Assembly (NCBI RefSeq): GCF_036365525.1
Contig: NC_090404.1
Span: forward strand, 6,014,001 to 6,078,000
Length of the DNA: 64,000 nt
From: Heterodontus francisci
Lineage: Eukaryota
Direction of reading: 5' to 3'
Positions 48,055-62,100 of the stretch are shown here, piece after piece. How positions within the stretch are numbered: the first letter of the stretch is position 1; the number at the start of each line of letters is the position of its first letter. The notes beneath the pieces were generated by a model that had not been told where the DNA came from, made no database searches, and saw only the letters and a program-made list of their open reading frames with translations. A program made the position numbers and the translations under genes.

Positions 48055-50540
48055 AGCCGGTATGGGAATTGAACCAGTTTTTTTTTCTTCTTTTTCTTTA
48101 AATTTTTCATGTCGAGGGTGCCTTTATTGCTCAGGCCCCCTTTATATACATGCTTATATTTTTAAAATAACTTTATTAAAAACAGAAATAAACAAAAACT
48201 CAAATTAAAATGCCATTTTCGGCGTCGACAATGCATTCCAGTCCCTACGGTGCCCAAGGGTTGCGGAAGGCTTCAAGCGTACCGGCGGACACCACATGCT
48301 CCTTCTCCAGGGACCCGTTAACATTGACTAGACACTCTGTGGCGGCGTATAAAAGTCGGACCCGGGCCACGAAATGTGGCCCGACTCCAAAAGTGCGCAG
48401 AGTCCCAAAAAGGTAGTCGTGATCCACCCTGTCAAACGCCTTCTCCTGATCGAGGGAGAGAAAGCCGAACAACTGTCCAGGTGGATGTTGTCCTGGATGG
48501 ACTGGCCCGGGACAGTGTAGGATTGGTCGGGGTGGATCATGTGGGCCAGCACGGAGCCCAGGAGGGTAGACATAGCCCGAGCAAAAATCTTATAATCCAT
48601 GCTGAGGAGGGAGACCGGACGCCAGTTTTTAAGCAGGCGGAGATTGCCCCTCTTCGGCAGCAGGATGATGACCACCCTGCACCACGATCGCCAGGCTTTC
48701 CCCCAGGACCCGCGCGTAATCGTCCCCCAGGATGTCCCAGAACGCCCTGAGGAACTCCACGGTCAACCCATCCAGCCCTTGTGATTTGTCCCTTGAGAGC
48801 TGGTGGAGGTCACCAGTCAGCTCCGCCAACGTGAGCGGAGCCTCCAATCCTTCGGCGCCCTCCGGGCTGACCTGCAGCAGGTCCTCCCACAAATCTCTGC
48901 ATGCATCCTCACTGGATGGATCCGGAGAGAACAACGCACTGTAATAAGTACGGACCAGGAGGCCCAATCCCTCCAGATCCGTGATGGAGGATCCGTCGTC
49001 GGCCAGCAGCTCAACGAGCTGCAAATGGAACCCCCCGCCATTTTTCCAGAGAGTAGAAGAAGGGTGACGCGCGGTTCAAATCTTCCAGGGTCTGGATCCG
49101 CGACCTCACGAACGCGCCTCGGGACCCGATGAGCTGCAGGTCCCTCAGCGCGCCCTTCTTCTCTTTGTACGCCTGCAGCAGGGCCGGGTCCACGACGGCA
49201 TGATCGTGGCGGGACTCCAGGTCGAGCACCTCGCTCTCAAGGCGCACGATCTCGGCTTCCCGCCTCTTGGTCGACCCCTTCGCGCACTCCTGACAGAAGA
49301 CACGGATGTGAGTCTTGCCCACATCCCACCATAGCCTCAAGGAGGGGAAGCCCCCCTGCTTCCTTCTCCAGTTGGCCCAGAATCGACAGAACGAGTCCCG
49401 AAATCGCTCGTCCTCCAGCAGCCGGTTGTTAAAGTGCCAGTACGTGGGTGCAGGTGGGGAAGGAGGAGCTCACCAGGAATGAAGGGCGGGACGTTGGATA
49501 AAATGACCCTTTGTGCAGTGGCCTCCAGGGGGTCCACTGGCAGAAAGGTCCCACCTACGGTGAGCCCCTTGTTCAGAGCCAGGGACACCGCCCGCTCGGT
49601 CTTCAGGAAAAACACTGCCTTCCCGTACATTTTAGAGGCTGCAACAATGGCCGAAGGGCTGACAACCTCGGCCATTGCTTCCACGCATGCCTCGATCGTC
49701 ATGTTTGGGTGGACGTAACTCTTGACCCCATGCTTCGATGTTATTAATGCAAACGGTGATGGGACAACGGGTGCAGCTGCAGCAGCCGCAGCAGCATATG
49801 TCCGGGAAGGCCCCGCCACCAGCAAAGGAGGGCTTGCCATGGGGTCTAAGAGCCACGTCCACCCCCAAGAAACAAAGCAATTTTACACAATTGAAACAAA
49901 ACAAACAAACTTTAAACAATAGTGGAGTGGGAGTAGAGGAGGATCGGGGTAGGAAGGTAAAGGAAAAAGGGGGGATAGGTGACTGAGGTGACTGATTGGA
50001 GGAAGGGGGACAAAGGCTGAAAGGGATGTTTAATCCAACTGCCAGTTGGAGCACCTTTGTAACAATTAGTCCAAAACTGTTTGTTGTCTTCCAGTTGGGG
50101 GAGGCGTCTTTGCCTGGGATGGCTGGAGCTGCCCGGTACTCTCCTCTTCTGCTTTTAACAAGAAAGTCTTCACCCGGGCAACTCCAGCTGTCCCGAGCAG
50201 GCAGTTGGGGTGGGGAGGGAGCTCCCTGGGTGCAAGCCCCAATACAAATTCAGGGGCCCCTTACTGGATTTGGCAGACCCACCCAAGTCTTCCGGCCTCT
50301 TCTCCCTCCCCCAAACTGTTCAAACTTAAGACTCCTTCAGGTGGCCTGACACCCACCTCTCCAAAACAATTGCAGCCTTTTTTGATGGTTGCTCTCCACT
50401 CTGCATTCACCTCTCTCCACTTTCTCCAATTACTCCAGTCTGCAATCTCCTCTCTCCACTCTGCAGTTGCTGCAGCACTGGTGCAGCTGCTCCCCCTGAT
50501 TGCTGGCAGTAAGTGCTCCAAATTGTCCAGCCAATCCCAG
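48055..50540 (-). mobile_element. Tx1-like element B with two large internal deletions (ORF1 joined to mid-ORF2; RT joined to the C-terminus)
   Basis: ORF1 N-terminus 49445-49840; WHFNNRLL...LWWDVGK, NWRPVSLL.MDYKI and LSLDQEKAFDRVDH; A-rich 3' region. Confidence 0.85.
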
Positions 50541-50665
50541 TGCTGTACCTGTCCTGGGAGTGTTTGATGGGACAGTGTAGAGAGAGATTTACTCTGTATC
50601 TAACCCATGCTGTACCTGCTCTGGGAGTGTGTGATTGAACAGTGCGCAGGGAGCTTTGCTCTCTT
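50540..50665 (+). repeat. Two units of the common shark ~65-bp satellite-like repeat; degenerate reversed units at ~59860-60175
   Basis: TGCTGTACCTGTCCTGGGAGTGTTTGATGGGACAGTGTAGAG...TACTCTGTATCTAACCC repeated. Confidence 0.7.
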
Positions 50666-51029
50666 CTCAGCTCATGACGTTCCCGACTTAAATGCGATAT
50701 ATATATTCTCTCGATATATAGATATATATATCGAGAGAATAATTCTTATATATACTTATATACGTACTGAGGCCGGGAAAGGCGAAATATAAGTAAAGGT
50801 CTGTCCCTTTCTATTGTAAACAGCATTTTCTTCTGTGTGATATAACACACTCACGCTTACATTCATTGTCTTCCTGCTTCCACGGGCACCAGTAGAGTTT
50901 CTTCCTTCCATTTATTTGGTTCAATCCGTCTTTGGTTGATAAGCAGTATCTACCTCCTGTGATGTTCTGGATTCGGTCTCCAATCTTCTCAGATTCGCTC
51001 CGCTCAGCAGGATATTTTGCTTGTTCTTG

Positions 51030-52830
51030 AATGGGATATGAGAGTCTCTGGCACGGCCAACATGTGCTGCCCATCGCGAATTGCCCTTGAGAGGGTGGTG
51101 GTGAGCTACCTTCTTGAACCGCTGCAGTCCATTGGGTGCAGGTACACCCTTAGTGCTATTGGGAGAGAGTTCCAGGATTTTGACCCAGCGACAGTGAAGG
51201 AACAGCAATATAGTTCTAAGTCATAGGAACATAGGAAGATAGGAACAGGAGTAGGCCATTCAGCCCCTCGAGCCTGTCCCGCCATTCGATGAGATCATGG
51301 CTGATCCGCGGCCTAACTCCAGATACCTGCCTTTGGCCCATATCCCTTAATATCTTTGCTTAACAAAAATCTCTCGATCTCAGATTTAAAATTAACAACT
51401 GTTCCAGCTTCAACTGCTGTTTGTGGGAGAGAGTTCCAAACCTCTACCACCCTCTGCGTGAAGAAGTGCTTCCTCATCTCTCTCCTGAACGGTCTAGTCC
51501 TAATTTTTAGACTATGCCCCCTAGTTTTTGAATCTCCAACCAGTGGAAATAGTTTATCTTTATCTAGCCTGTCCTTTCTGTTAATATCTTGAAGACTTCG
51601 ATCAGATCACCCCTTAACCTTCTAAATTGTAGCGAAAACAGGCCTAATTTGTGTAATCTCTCCTCGTAACTTAACCCCTGTTGTCCAGGTATCATTCTTG
51701 TAAACCTACGTTGAACTCCCTCCAAGGCCAATATATCCCTCCTAAGGTGTGGTGCCCAGAACTGCTCACAGTACTCCAAGTGGGGTCTAACCAGGGTTTT
51801 GTACAGCTTCAGCATAACCTATGTGTCAGGATGGCTTGTGGCTCGAAAGGGAACTTGCAGCTGGTGGGGTTCCCATGTGTCTGCTACCAATGGTGGTAGA
51901 GGTCGCGGGTTTGGAAGGTCTTGGCGAAGGAGGCAAGGTGAGTTGCTGCAGTGCATGTTGCAGATGGTACACACTGCTGCCACTATGCGCCGGTGGCCGA
52001 GGGAGTGAATGTTTAAGGTGGTGGACGGGGTGCTGATGAAGCAGGCTGTTCTCTCCTGGATGGTGTCGAGATTCTTGAGTTTTGTCAGAGCTGCACCCAT
52101 TTAGGCAAGTGCAGAGTATTCCATCACATTCCTGACTTGTGCCTTGTAGATGATGGTGGACAGGCTTTGGGGAGTCAGCAGGTGAGTTACTCATCGTAGA
52201 ATTCCCTGCCTCTGATTTGCTCTTTTATCCACAATATTTATAAATCTGGCCCAGTTACGTTTCCTGTTAATGTTAACTCCCAGGATGTTGATAGTGGGGG
52301 ATTCAGCGATGGTGATAACGTTGACTATCAAGGGGAGATGGCTAGATTATCTCTTGTTGTGTGTGCATGGTCATTGCCTGGCATTTGTGTGGTGCGAATG
52401 CTACTAGTCACTTATCAGCCCAAGCCTGGATATTGGCCAGGTCTTGCTGCATATGGACATGGACTGCTTCAGTATCTAAGGAGTCACGAATGGTGCTGAA
52501 CATTATGCAAGCATCAGCGAACATCCCAAATTCTGACCTTGTGATGGAGGGAAGATCACTGATGAAGCAGTGATCGGTGGAAGCAGTGAAGATGGTCGGG
52601 CTTAGGACACAACCCTGCAGACCTCCTGCAGTGATGTCCTGGGACTGAGATGATTGTGTTTTAGCCACCACAACCTGTTGTGCTAGGCATGACTACAACC
52701 AGTGGAGTATTTTGCCCCTACTTCCCATTGACACAATTTTGCTAGGGTTCTTCGATGCCACACTCAGTCAAATGCTGCCAAGGGCACTCACGCCTACCTG
52801 ACTCTGGAAGTCAGCTCCTTTGTCCATGGT
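51030..52830 (-). mobile_element. CR1/L2-group LINE fragment with a nested younger CR1 3' end (51222-51820)
   Basis: QDITAGGLQGCVLSPTIF...MFADAC; nested LVRPHLEYCEQFWAPHLRRD with a repeated-tail 3' end. Confidence 0.8.
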
Positions 52831-53348
52831 CTGTACTGAGTGCTGCTGGAGTGCATAGAGTCTGAAGGAGGGAGTTTGGCAAGGGAGGGGATTTTAAGGG
52901 TTGATCTCTCTAAAGTGTAGTTTTTCTTTACATTTAGCAATTAACTAAAATGATTGTTTAAGTTAAGAGGCAATTTAAGTTTCTTACGGTTTTAAACAGG
53001 GATATATAAGCTCTCTGAGAGTAATAGTCTGTAGATAATTAGGTAGCTAGCTTAAACTGGTATCTGAGCTCTGGCACAACTGACTCGTCATTGCTTTCAG
53101 AGGGATCAATTCAGGGGGGCGCTGAGTGCTGCTTGTCTGCTGGAGTACACAGTGTGAAAAAGGGAGTTTGGTAAGTGAGGGAGTTCCAAATTAATTAAGA
53201 TAAATCAATTTAATTTAATTAACACAATACACATGGCAGGACAGGAGATGTGTCATGGCTGCAGCATGTGGGAGCTCCTGGATGTCACGGCAATCCATGG
53301 CAACCACGTCTGTTGTCCGTGTTTGCGGCTTGACGAGCTTTGGCTCAG
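52831..53348 (+). mobile_element. CR1 5' UTR and ORF1 N-terminal zinc finger, truncated at its 3' side
   Basis: ATG at 53233: MAGQEMCHGCSMWELLDVTAIHGNHVCCPCLRLDELWLR (CxxC...CxxC), abutting IgM intron sequence. Confidence 0.7.
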
Positions 53349-53394
53349 GAAATAGGCACAACCTCTCACTTATTGCTTCAATCTCTCCGCTCAC

Positions 53395-53703
53395 CTTCTT
53401 CCTTGTGGATGGAATCTCTGAGAGGAGTCGGCAGATCCTGATGGCTCACCACACAGTAGAACTCAGCCCCACTCAGCCAGGATTGTGTCGAGATGTTTAC
53501 GGTGCTGATCACACTGTCGGGATCCTCTCCTGGTTGGACGGCAATCTCAGATTTCAAAGGCTTCTGTTCTTGCATCCAGGACACATTGATGCCATAAGGA
53601 GCATTAGACACGACGCAGGTTAAGGTCACCGTCGCCTCCAGTAAGACCTGTTCTATTGATGGTGGCAGTAGTTTAATTACTGGATCATTGCAGGAACAAG
53701 GAA
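53395..53703 (-). CDS. IGHM: Cmu3 exon (locus 2; no Cmu4 downstream)
   Basis: [19 protein letters not shown]...SIHKEE; AG/GT intact; 309 nt. Confidence 0.93.
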
Positions 53704-55314
53704 CTGTAAAACAGAAATAAAAGTCAAACAAAGATTCATCTTCAGAATCAGACACCAATATTCAGCCTTCACTGTCTCTAGGAGAATAAATCAACTTCGA
53801 GATATCGACCTCAAGCTGTTGCTCAAATAATATCGTTTATTGGAAGGACAACAACCTGAAAAGGCTTCCGGGAGATTCTATAACATATACTGTGTACTTG
53901 CACCCTAAGAAGCCTTTATAGGCTTTGAAGCAAGTACCCGCCGTAAAAATCGAATAATTGAGGGAGAAATTGTGTGACGCACGAAACAATGTTTTTTCTG
54001 AAATTCCTGGCGGAACAGGCTCGAGGGGCCGAGTGGCCTACGACTGCTCCTGTTATTTCCGCCCGTTTATCGGGCTTTGCGCTGGATCACATTTCCGTTG
54101 ATTATAATGGCTCTGCCTCCCAAGGACACGAGTTATATATCTAATTCACACTGGCTCAAAACGGGTGTCAAATGAAATTCCGAATTTTAGGCCCAATAGG
54201 AAACAAAGTTAATATTCTGGCGCCTTGTCACGATATTTCGGGTGTTGAAAATATGTTGGAACCAATCAGAGGAGAGGTGGAAGGTCGAGAAAATGCAGTT
54301 TCAGTGAGTCTTTTTGAGGCGGAGAATAACTTTCAATAATGGTGTGAGGCAGTTTGCTAATATATGTCGTGAGGGAGAACTCCTCATGTGTCAATCTCGA
54401 GTCAGAAGGCATTCTGCTCAGAGGGCAGTAATAGAAACATAGGAAAACTGAGAAGGCCATTCAGCCCGTCGAGCTTATTCCACCATTCAATCAGACAATG
54501 GCTGATCTGTATCTTTGTACCGTCTACCCATAGGTAACCCTTAACACCATTGCCTAACTTCAATCTATCAATCTCAACATGAAAATAGTCAATTGATGCC
54601 AAACTTCAAGAGCGAGTTGAGGGAGAGAATTCCAGATTTCCGCTACCCACTGTGTGAATAGCTTTCCCGATATCATCCCTGAATGACATTGGTCTAATTT
54701 GAAGGTTATGCCCCCTTGTTCTGGAGTCGCCCACCAGAGGAAATATTTTTCTCCGTCGACTCCATCAATTCCAGTAAACATCTTAAACACCTCAATTAGA
54801 TCACCCTTTAATCTTCTATACTCAAAGGAATACCAGTTGGGTCAATGAAACCTGTCCTCTTATTTAACCCGTTCAGCCCCACTATCATTCTAGTCAATTT
54901 GTGTTGCATCACTCCCAATGCCAATATATTCTTCTTGAGCTCATGAGTCCAGAATTGAACACAGTTTTCTAAATAGGGAGGATGCTCTTTCTGACACTTG
55001 ATGCCGAGGCTATTACCTGGAAAGGTTTCCAGACACCTATTGCTGCTATCAGCCAAATCACGATAATCCTGATATCAAGGCCACCTCACTCATGAAATGA
55101 CATCAAAGCAGAGGGAAACATTCTTTGGTGATGTGATGACATGTTGAACAGTGAGCAATTCTAATTCAGCACTCACAGCGGATTGAGGCATACAACTACA
55201 CGATGGCGAATTGGAAAAATATTCAGTGCTTTGTAATAATTCCAATAAATTGTTACGTTTGATTATCATTGGAGCACAAAATGATCTGGAACTTCCTGGG
55301 ATTGTGTCTCTTAC

Positions 55315-55632
55315 CCTGAGATCCGGTGATGTTTCGGCTTTGGGTGACCTCTTGATGGGAGACCTGGCAGGTATAGACCGTGTTGGTGAACCATTCCCGA
55401 GCGGGGACTGTCAACCGACTGGTCGCTGAGAAGTTCCCGTTCACTTCACAGGCAGGAGAGGTGACGAAGCCCGAATCCATGGGTTGTCCATCCTTCAACC
55501 AACTCACGGTTATTGACTCTGGATGGAAATCGATGATTGAACACACGACAGTTGCAAATCTGCTGCTTGTGGTTTCTTCACTGGAAGTCTGGGTGAGGAT
55601 AACAGTTGGATGGACGATGTCACCTTGACAAT
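55315..55632 (-). CDS. IGHM: Cmu2 exon (locus 2)
   Basis: [15 protein letters not shown]...ITGSQ; AG/GT intact; 318 nt. Confidence 0.93.
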
Positions 55633-55841
55633 CTTCAAGAAAAACATGTTAGACATTTCTGGAAGAAAGTAATAACTAATGCAAACTATTCTAATAATTT
55701 TACAGGTTCCTTGCTGTCAAGCAGACACTAACTGGAGTTTCCAGGGATCAGAACTGTGCACTATACTCTAAATGTGATATAGCCAAACCTCTACACAAGA
55801 TCACGATAGCTTTTCTGTTTTTCAGTTTCCACAACACTAAC

Positions 55842-56138
55842 CTGGAATTTCCTTGATCCAGAGCGACTCTCCGCGTCGAACCTCGCAGTAGATTTTGCTT
55901 CTTCCCACCTCTGACTCGGTGATGGTTAACTGGCTGCTCAGGGTGTAGGTTCCCTTCTTGTTCAGCACTGACGGATAAGTCTTCAGCCCAGTGGTGATCG
56001 TCTCTTTATCTTTCTTCCAGGAAACGCTGCTGATTTCGGGGATGCAGTCCATCGCCAAACAGCCGTAGGCCATGGAGCCGTCGGTGTTGGGTTGTTCACA
56101 GGAGCACAGGCCGTAAAGTGTTGGGGGAGACGGTGTCG
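55842..56138 (-). CDS. IGHM: Cmu1 exon (locus 2)
   Basis: [16 protein letters not shown]...WIKEIP; AG/GT intact; 297 nt. Confidence 0.93.
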
Positions 56139-59100
56139 CTGGGCAAGAACGACAGATTGAACAAGTTAGACTCTGTGATTCATGATTATTAACCAGACAA
56201 CTCGGAATTTCACTCCAGCTAGAAACTGATTCCAATATCTTCCGCTTAAAACCTTCATCCGCATTTGAGCTTCTATCAGTTCCATCATTTGCTGATCATC
56301 ACATGCCGGTCCCCTGGTCAGGAACACACCTCTCTTTCAGGACCTGTTACATTACAAAAGTAAGAGCCTTTTGACGCCATCTCAGTGAAGTATCTTTTAT
56401 TAGATTAAACTGGAAGTGGAGTTTCCCCGCTAATCCGACCAGTATTTATTTCTGAACCAACAGCACTTCGCCAAAAATAAAACACTCAGCATTTATTAAT
56501 TGCAATTATTGGAAATTTTCTCTCTGCAAATAGCTTGCTGGGTTCCCCCACCCCACCACTCCGTCCCCACCCCCAGCGCCCATCACCCCGCTCCCATCCA
56601 CTTCCCCACCTCCAACCCCCACCCCCCGGAAAATAGCGACTGCTATTTAAAAGTGCCATCTGTTATTCTAATAGGTGCTTATAAAAATGTGCTTAAAACT
56701 CGAAACTTGATTACCAGGCAAAGTAATTCCACTATTTTCTCATAAAAACCTAGAACAAATCCTAGCATGTTCATGACCCAGGCTTATCAAACAATAAAAA
56801 TAATAGCAGAGAAGGAGGCCATTCGGTCCATCAAACCTGTGAAAGATGACTCCAGCGATCCCGCTGACCTTCCAATTCCTAATCTTCTTTTCAAAAGTTC
56901 CATTTTATCCAGCTATTTTAGATTCTATTTACAGCCCTCTTTCTGATAGGACATTCCAGATCCTAACAACCCCCTGTGTAGAAGAGTAGATTCATACCCT
57001 CTTCCTTCATTCTTTTGACGCTGATTTTAAATCAGTGCCCTCCACAGACCAACTCACTGATCTGGGGAAATTGGTTTCTGAATTTCTGTATAAAATATTC
57101 ATTATTCAAAACACCTCTACCAGACTTCATTTTAATCTTCTATGTTCCCATAACAATAAATATCTTTTACAATAAATAGTTGAAGTCTCCTTTAAAATAT
57201 GGACTGAATCATTTAGTACACAGATTTCAGAGGGGAATTTTCCACAACCTAGTTTCTGGAATTAAAACTTTGGACGACTCGGCATTGACTCCAGACTACC
57301 ACTTTCCTTCTCAGTACTTGTGGATTGCGATTTGTGTTCTATCTTTACTGAATGGATCTCTCCCGAGTTTAATTCTCCCTCCAACTCAATTAATAATCCG
57401 AATTAAATCCGATTCCAAAAAATCGGTCATCTGGAATGATGTTCTTGAAAAGGTCCATTTAATTTTTCAAAGTATCTTCCCACCCCTCACCAGTGAGAAC
57501 TGGTGTTGCTGACTGTGCTGTTACAGCCACCTCTTCTTGCTGCTTGCACCGATCATAATGTGATCAGGACAGGCTCCTTCTATAAATATCTGATATTGAC
57601 ATCACTTACACATTATACATCGAGTGAATACATCGAGGTTCCAGGCAAGGAAGGACAAAAGTTCCTGAAGTGTTATTGCTGACATGGTCAACTCTCACTT
57701 CTGGTTTGTGTGGACAATTCAAACACCTGCAATTTATTGATCAGGTATTGAAAGCTCGCTCACCAATATAGTGTAAAAGATTGTCGATGTTGATGGCGCA
57801 GAAGTAGGAGATATGGGCTTTCAAATGGCAAGAGATAATATACCACATAAGAGAACATTTGGAAAATAGAAGCGAATAGATTAAAGGGATGGTGGTTACC
57901 TGCTAAGATATAGGAAGCAAAGAGAGACGGTGAACCAATGCTTTTCTGACTAAAAAGAATTAACTATTGTGATCCCCTTGCTTGGTCAGAGGGTCATTGT
58001 TTTTTTTTGTTAAGTACAATGAGGTGGACTTGAGCACCTGACTACTATATTTAGTAGTCTTTGTACATGGACATCTCTTTGGACTGCCATTGTTCTTAGC
58101 TTTCTCGTGATACATGGATCTATCCTTTATTGGCCCAAATAGGACGATGCCAGACTCACCTGTGTTGAAATCCATCTGCCACAGTTTTGTCCAATCACTT
58201 AATCTGTCAATGTCTCTGTAATTTTATGTGTCCGTCTATACTACTCATTGCACCACCAATCTTTGTGTCATTGATAAACCTGAATTGATGTCGAAGTTCG
58301 AGGATGATACAAAACAAATAGTGAGCAGGATAGTAACAGGGTTCAGGAGGACATAGACAGAGTGGTGAAATGTTCAGTGACACAGTAGATGCAATTTAAT
58401 GCGGATAAGTGTGAAGTGTAATCTGAAGGTAATGTAATCGAAATGGCACTATTTTGAAGGGGGTAAAAAAGTAGAGGGGCCTGAGGTGCATATTCACAAT
58501 GTTATGAAGGCGGTTAAGAAAGCAACTTGGTCTTGTAAAATGGATTATTGAATAAAAAAACAAGGAAGTCAGGTTAAAGCTTTACAAATCACTGATTAGG
58601 CTGGAGTATCTTTTGCACAATTCTGCACATCACACTTCCGGAAGGATGTCACGGCTTTGGGGAGAGTGCAGAGGGAGTTTACCAGGATTATGTCAGAAAT
58701 GAGGGAGTTCAGTTATATAGAGTGATTATACAAGTCGAATTGATCTCATTAGGCGGTCACCGAATAGATATATTCAAAATTTTGGGATGTCTTGATGTAG
58801 CAGATAAGGAGAAATTGTTTCCTCTGGCAAGTGGGTCAGTGGCAAAATAAATAACTGGCAACAAAATGGAGTGTGGGCGGGGTGGTGTCTGCAGAAGGAG
58901 GTTTGTTTACTGATAGACGGTGGTTTTCATAGAACCATAAATTGGCTACAGCACAAAAGGAGACCATACGACCCATCGTATCCATGCAGGCTCACTGCAA
59001 AGTGAGCCCGCATCTGGAATGCACAAGGCAACCGGACACGTCCTCGAAGGAGACTAATTTGCATGGTTATGAGGAAAAAACTGGCTTGTAGGATTAAATT

Positions 59101-62100
59101 GGAGAGTTCTCAGAGCTAACACAGGCTTGACGGACCGAATGGCCGCATTCTGTGCTATAAGATTCTTTGATTCTACCCGACTCAGTAGAATTTGGTTCTT
59201 CCAAATTTAATGGGAGGAAAGGCTTCATTAATTTGAACATCTCTGTGACATACATTTTTATTGCTTGTTATATGAAAGAGGATTTTTAAAATAAGAGGAT
59301 CGGAAGGATTTAGTACAAATGAGTCAATCAGATACTGTCAGAGACTTAAAGCTTATTGTGATTGGCATTGATTTCAGGCTAACTGTATCACTTCAAAAGC
59401 TACCCTCTGCTGTGACCCAGTCCAATAACTGCATCTCACCAGAGTTTATCGCTGCCTGTTACCTTTTGAAAATACTTGAACGAAATAATGGTCTCAAACA
59501 TGAGATTATCATGGTTATTTGGAGCAGGATTCTCGACTTTTCTCCATTTAAATCGCCAAAAGAACTTCCAGCCTCCCATCAGATCAGAACAGGTGCTGTT
59601 CTCTGGAATGTTACAGTCACTTCTTGAAACTGTTTGTTTTGAAAGTTCACTCAAGATCAGGCCAATCTCATTCAGTTCCTATCTGATACTTAACATGTTT
59701 TAAAATTATTAATTCATTAAAACTTGGTTTTGAATGAATAGTAAAATCAATTAATGTGCGTTGTTTCATCTGGGCAATGGAACAATTTATTTTCATATAT
59801 CTGGGTCGAGAACTCACAGTTTATGAGTTAGATGCAGATTAAGGATCTTTGAACATTGTGAGGGAAACACTCAGGTCAGGTACAGGAAAGTTAAGTTATA
59901 GAGTAAAGACCCGCTTGTCCGGCCCTGTCAGGAGCTGTAAGGTCAGACATCGCAAATGTTATATTCCGGGGAAAGCCACCTCTATACTTCACTGTCACTC
60001 TGGGTCAGGTACAGCACTAGTTTAATATAAAATAAAGCTCCCTCTACGCAGTCCCATCAAATACATCCAGGACAACTTCAACCCGGTTTAGATACAGAGT
60101 AATGTCTCCCTCTACACTGTCCACATCAAACAGACCCAGGACCGTTACAGCATGGATTAAATATACAGTAAAGCATTGCCAATCAAATATTCAAGGGAGG
60201 TACATTACTGATTGCAAACTGACCAAAGCTCCTTCCACGTCTGTCTGCCCTGTCTCTGAACTGGCATTACTGATTGTCACAGACTGGAATACTGATCTCA
60301 TTGCTGAGGCGCCTCATCAAACTTAAAGTCAAAATTTCACTTTTCTCCCAGATTCAAGTTTCTTAAATAAATGGATCAAGTTGCACTCCCTGAAATGCAG
60401 GAGAATGAACCAGAAGGTTTACGATCAGTCGGGAGGACTCAGTGAGCAGGCGCACAGGAACAAATGGTGAAACCATGGGGTTCTCAGCAGCTAGATCTGT
60501 TCAATCTGTCAATTTCAATGTGAAATTGCAACCACTCCAAGTCTGTAAGATCTTTGAAATTAAATTGAAATTCATTTCAAAAACTCCCTTCGACTTCCTA
60601 CTGTTTCTTCCTGTGTGGCTGCAATCTTAAAAACATAAGATATAGTTTCCTGTAAAATGAATACATTGAAACAATTTATTTTCAGGAAAATTTGATGTCC
60701 TTAACAGCAGCTCAGTGACAGAGTAAGCATTTAGAAAATTAGGAGACATTTATCTTGCAAACCGATTACCCACTGGTTTGATACAATTTCAGAATTAAAC
60801 GTTACCAAAAAAATAATTGAAGCAATGCTCAAAGTTAATTCATTAAAATCTGCGGCGGCACCTTATCGAGCTGAGAACAGCTGAGTAAGAAATGTATTGT
60901 TCTCAAAATTATTTTTAGACGTAATTCACAATTCTCTCCGGCCCTTGAGATTTTGCACTTATTGGAATCCTGGCAATTATACTACTGAATTGTGGGAGGT
61001 CATTTATGTTTAATGAATTAGCACTATTATATTTTAGGCTAATATCCATGTCAGTTGATTTTATATTGTATTTCTTTTAAAAATAGGTAATATCAATTCC
61101 AGACTTGTTTCTTCCGGGTACCTTGTGAAATAATTGGGTTTTAATTAAATTATTATGACACTTAATCAATATTAAAAAATAATCATATTAATAGATGAAA
61201 ACATTCAGACAAATGTATTACTTTCACTGAAATCGAATCGCAGTTCAATCATTTAAAATGAGCAATAATTTCTACTCCCATCCTGTTTTCTATCTACAAA
61301 CTTGTAAACTGCGCATGTATCTGAATGTGTTGATATATCATGAACTCCATCTATTCTCAGCGAGTATTTCGCATGATGGAATTAGGAGTGGAATATTTTC
61401 AAAATTCCAAGCCTGGCCGGCGTCACATCTCACTAACTGTCGATGGGCTGTAACATTGCTTGTTTGTGAAAGCAGGACTCCTGTATTTTAAATATTATCA
61501 TAAATCTTAACTAGATAAAAAAAAAACTCCCAGGTAGTTTGTCATCACGATGTTTTAATATTTTACGCCCGTAATTAACACAATCCCTGCAAATTAATTG
61601 TTAAACATTTTGTGTTTTTTATTGAAAAAAGTTCCAAAACGATCACTGTCAAACTGGACAAGAACAATTCTTTCAGATCATCTACGGCAGTGAAAATTAA
61701 TGGGAAAATATAGCTGAGATTTTGTTGACCAATTTAACAGTTAAGAATTCAGCATAACTCTCTGGTATAATCTGTTCTTTACCTATAATACTTTCCTATG
61801 TGAAGCACAGTTATCAGAGACAAGATGTTGTTATTAAATTCAAAACTATTAACCTTTTGTAAGTAAATGAATCTGCTTGAATTTCAAGGTGTTATTTGTC
61901 TGTGTCTAGCCTTACACAGTCTGCAACTTTCTTCGATTTAAATAAAATCATCGGAACAATCCTTTGACTGCCAGCGACTTCTACCTCTCAGGAAAATATT
62001 TAACTTAGATTAATGATAATTATCTCGCTATCCAACAACACATGGCATTGAAGGAAGAACATGGTTTGGGCTTCACGCAAAGAATGTAATAACCAGACAG

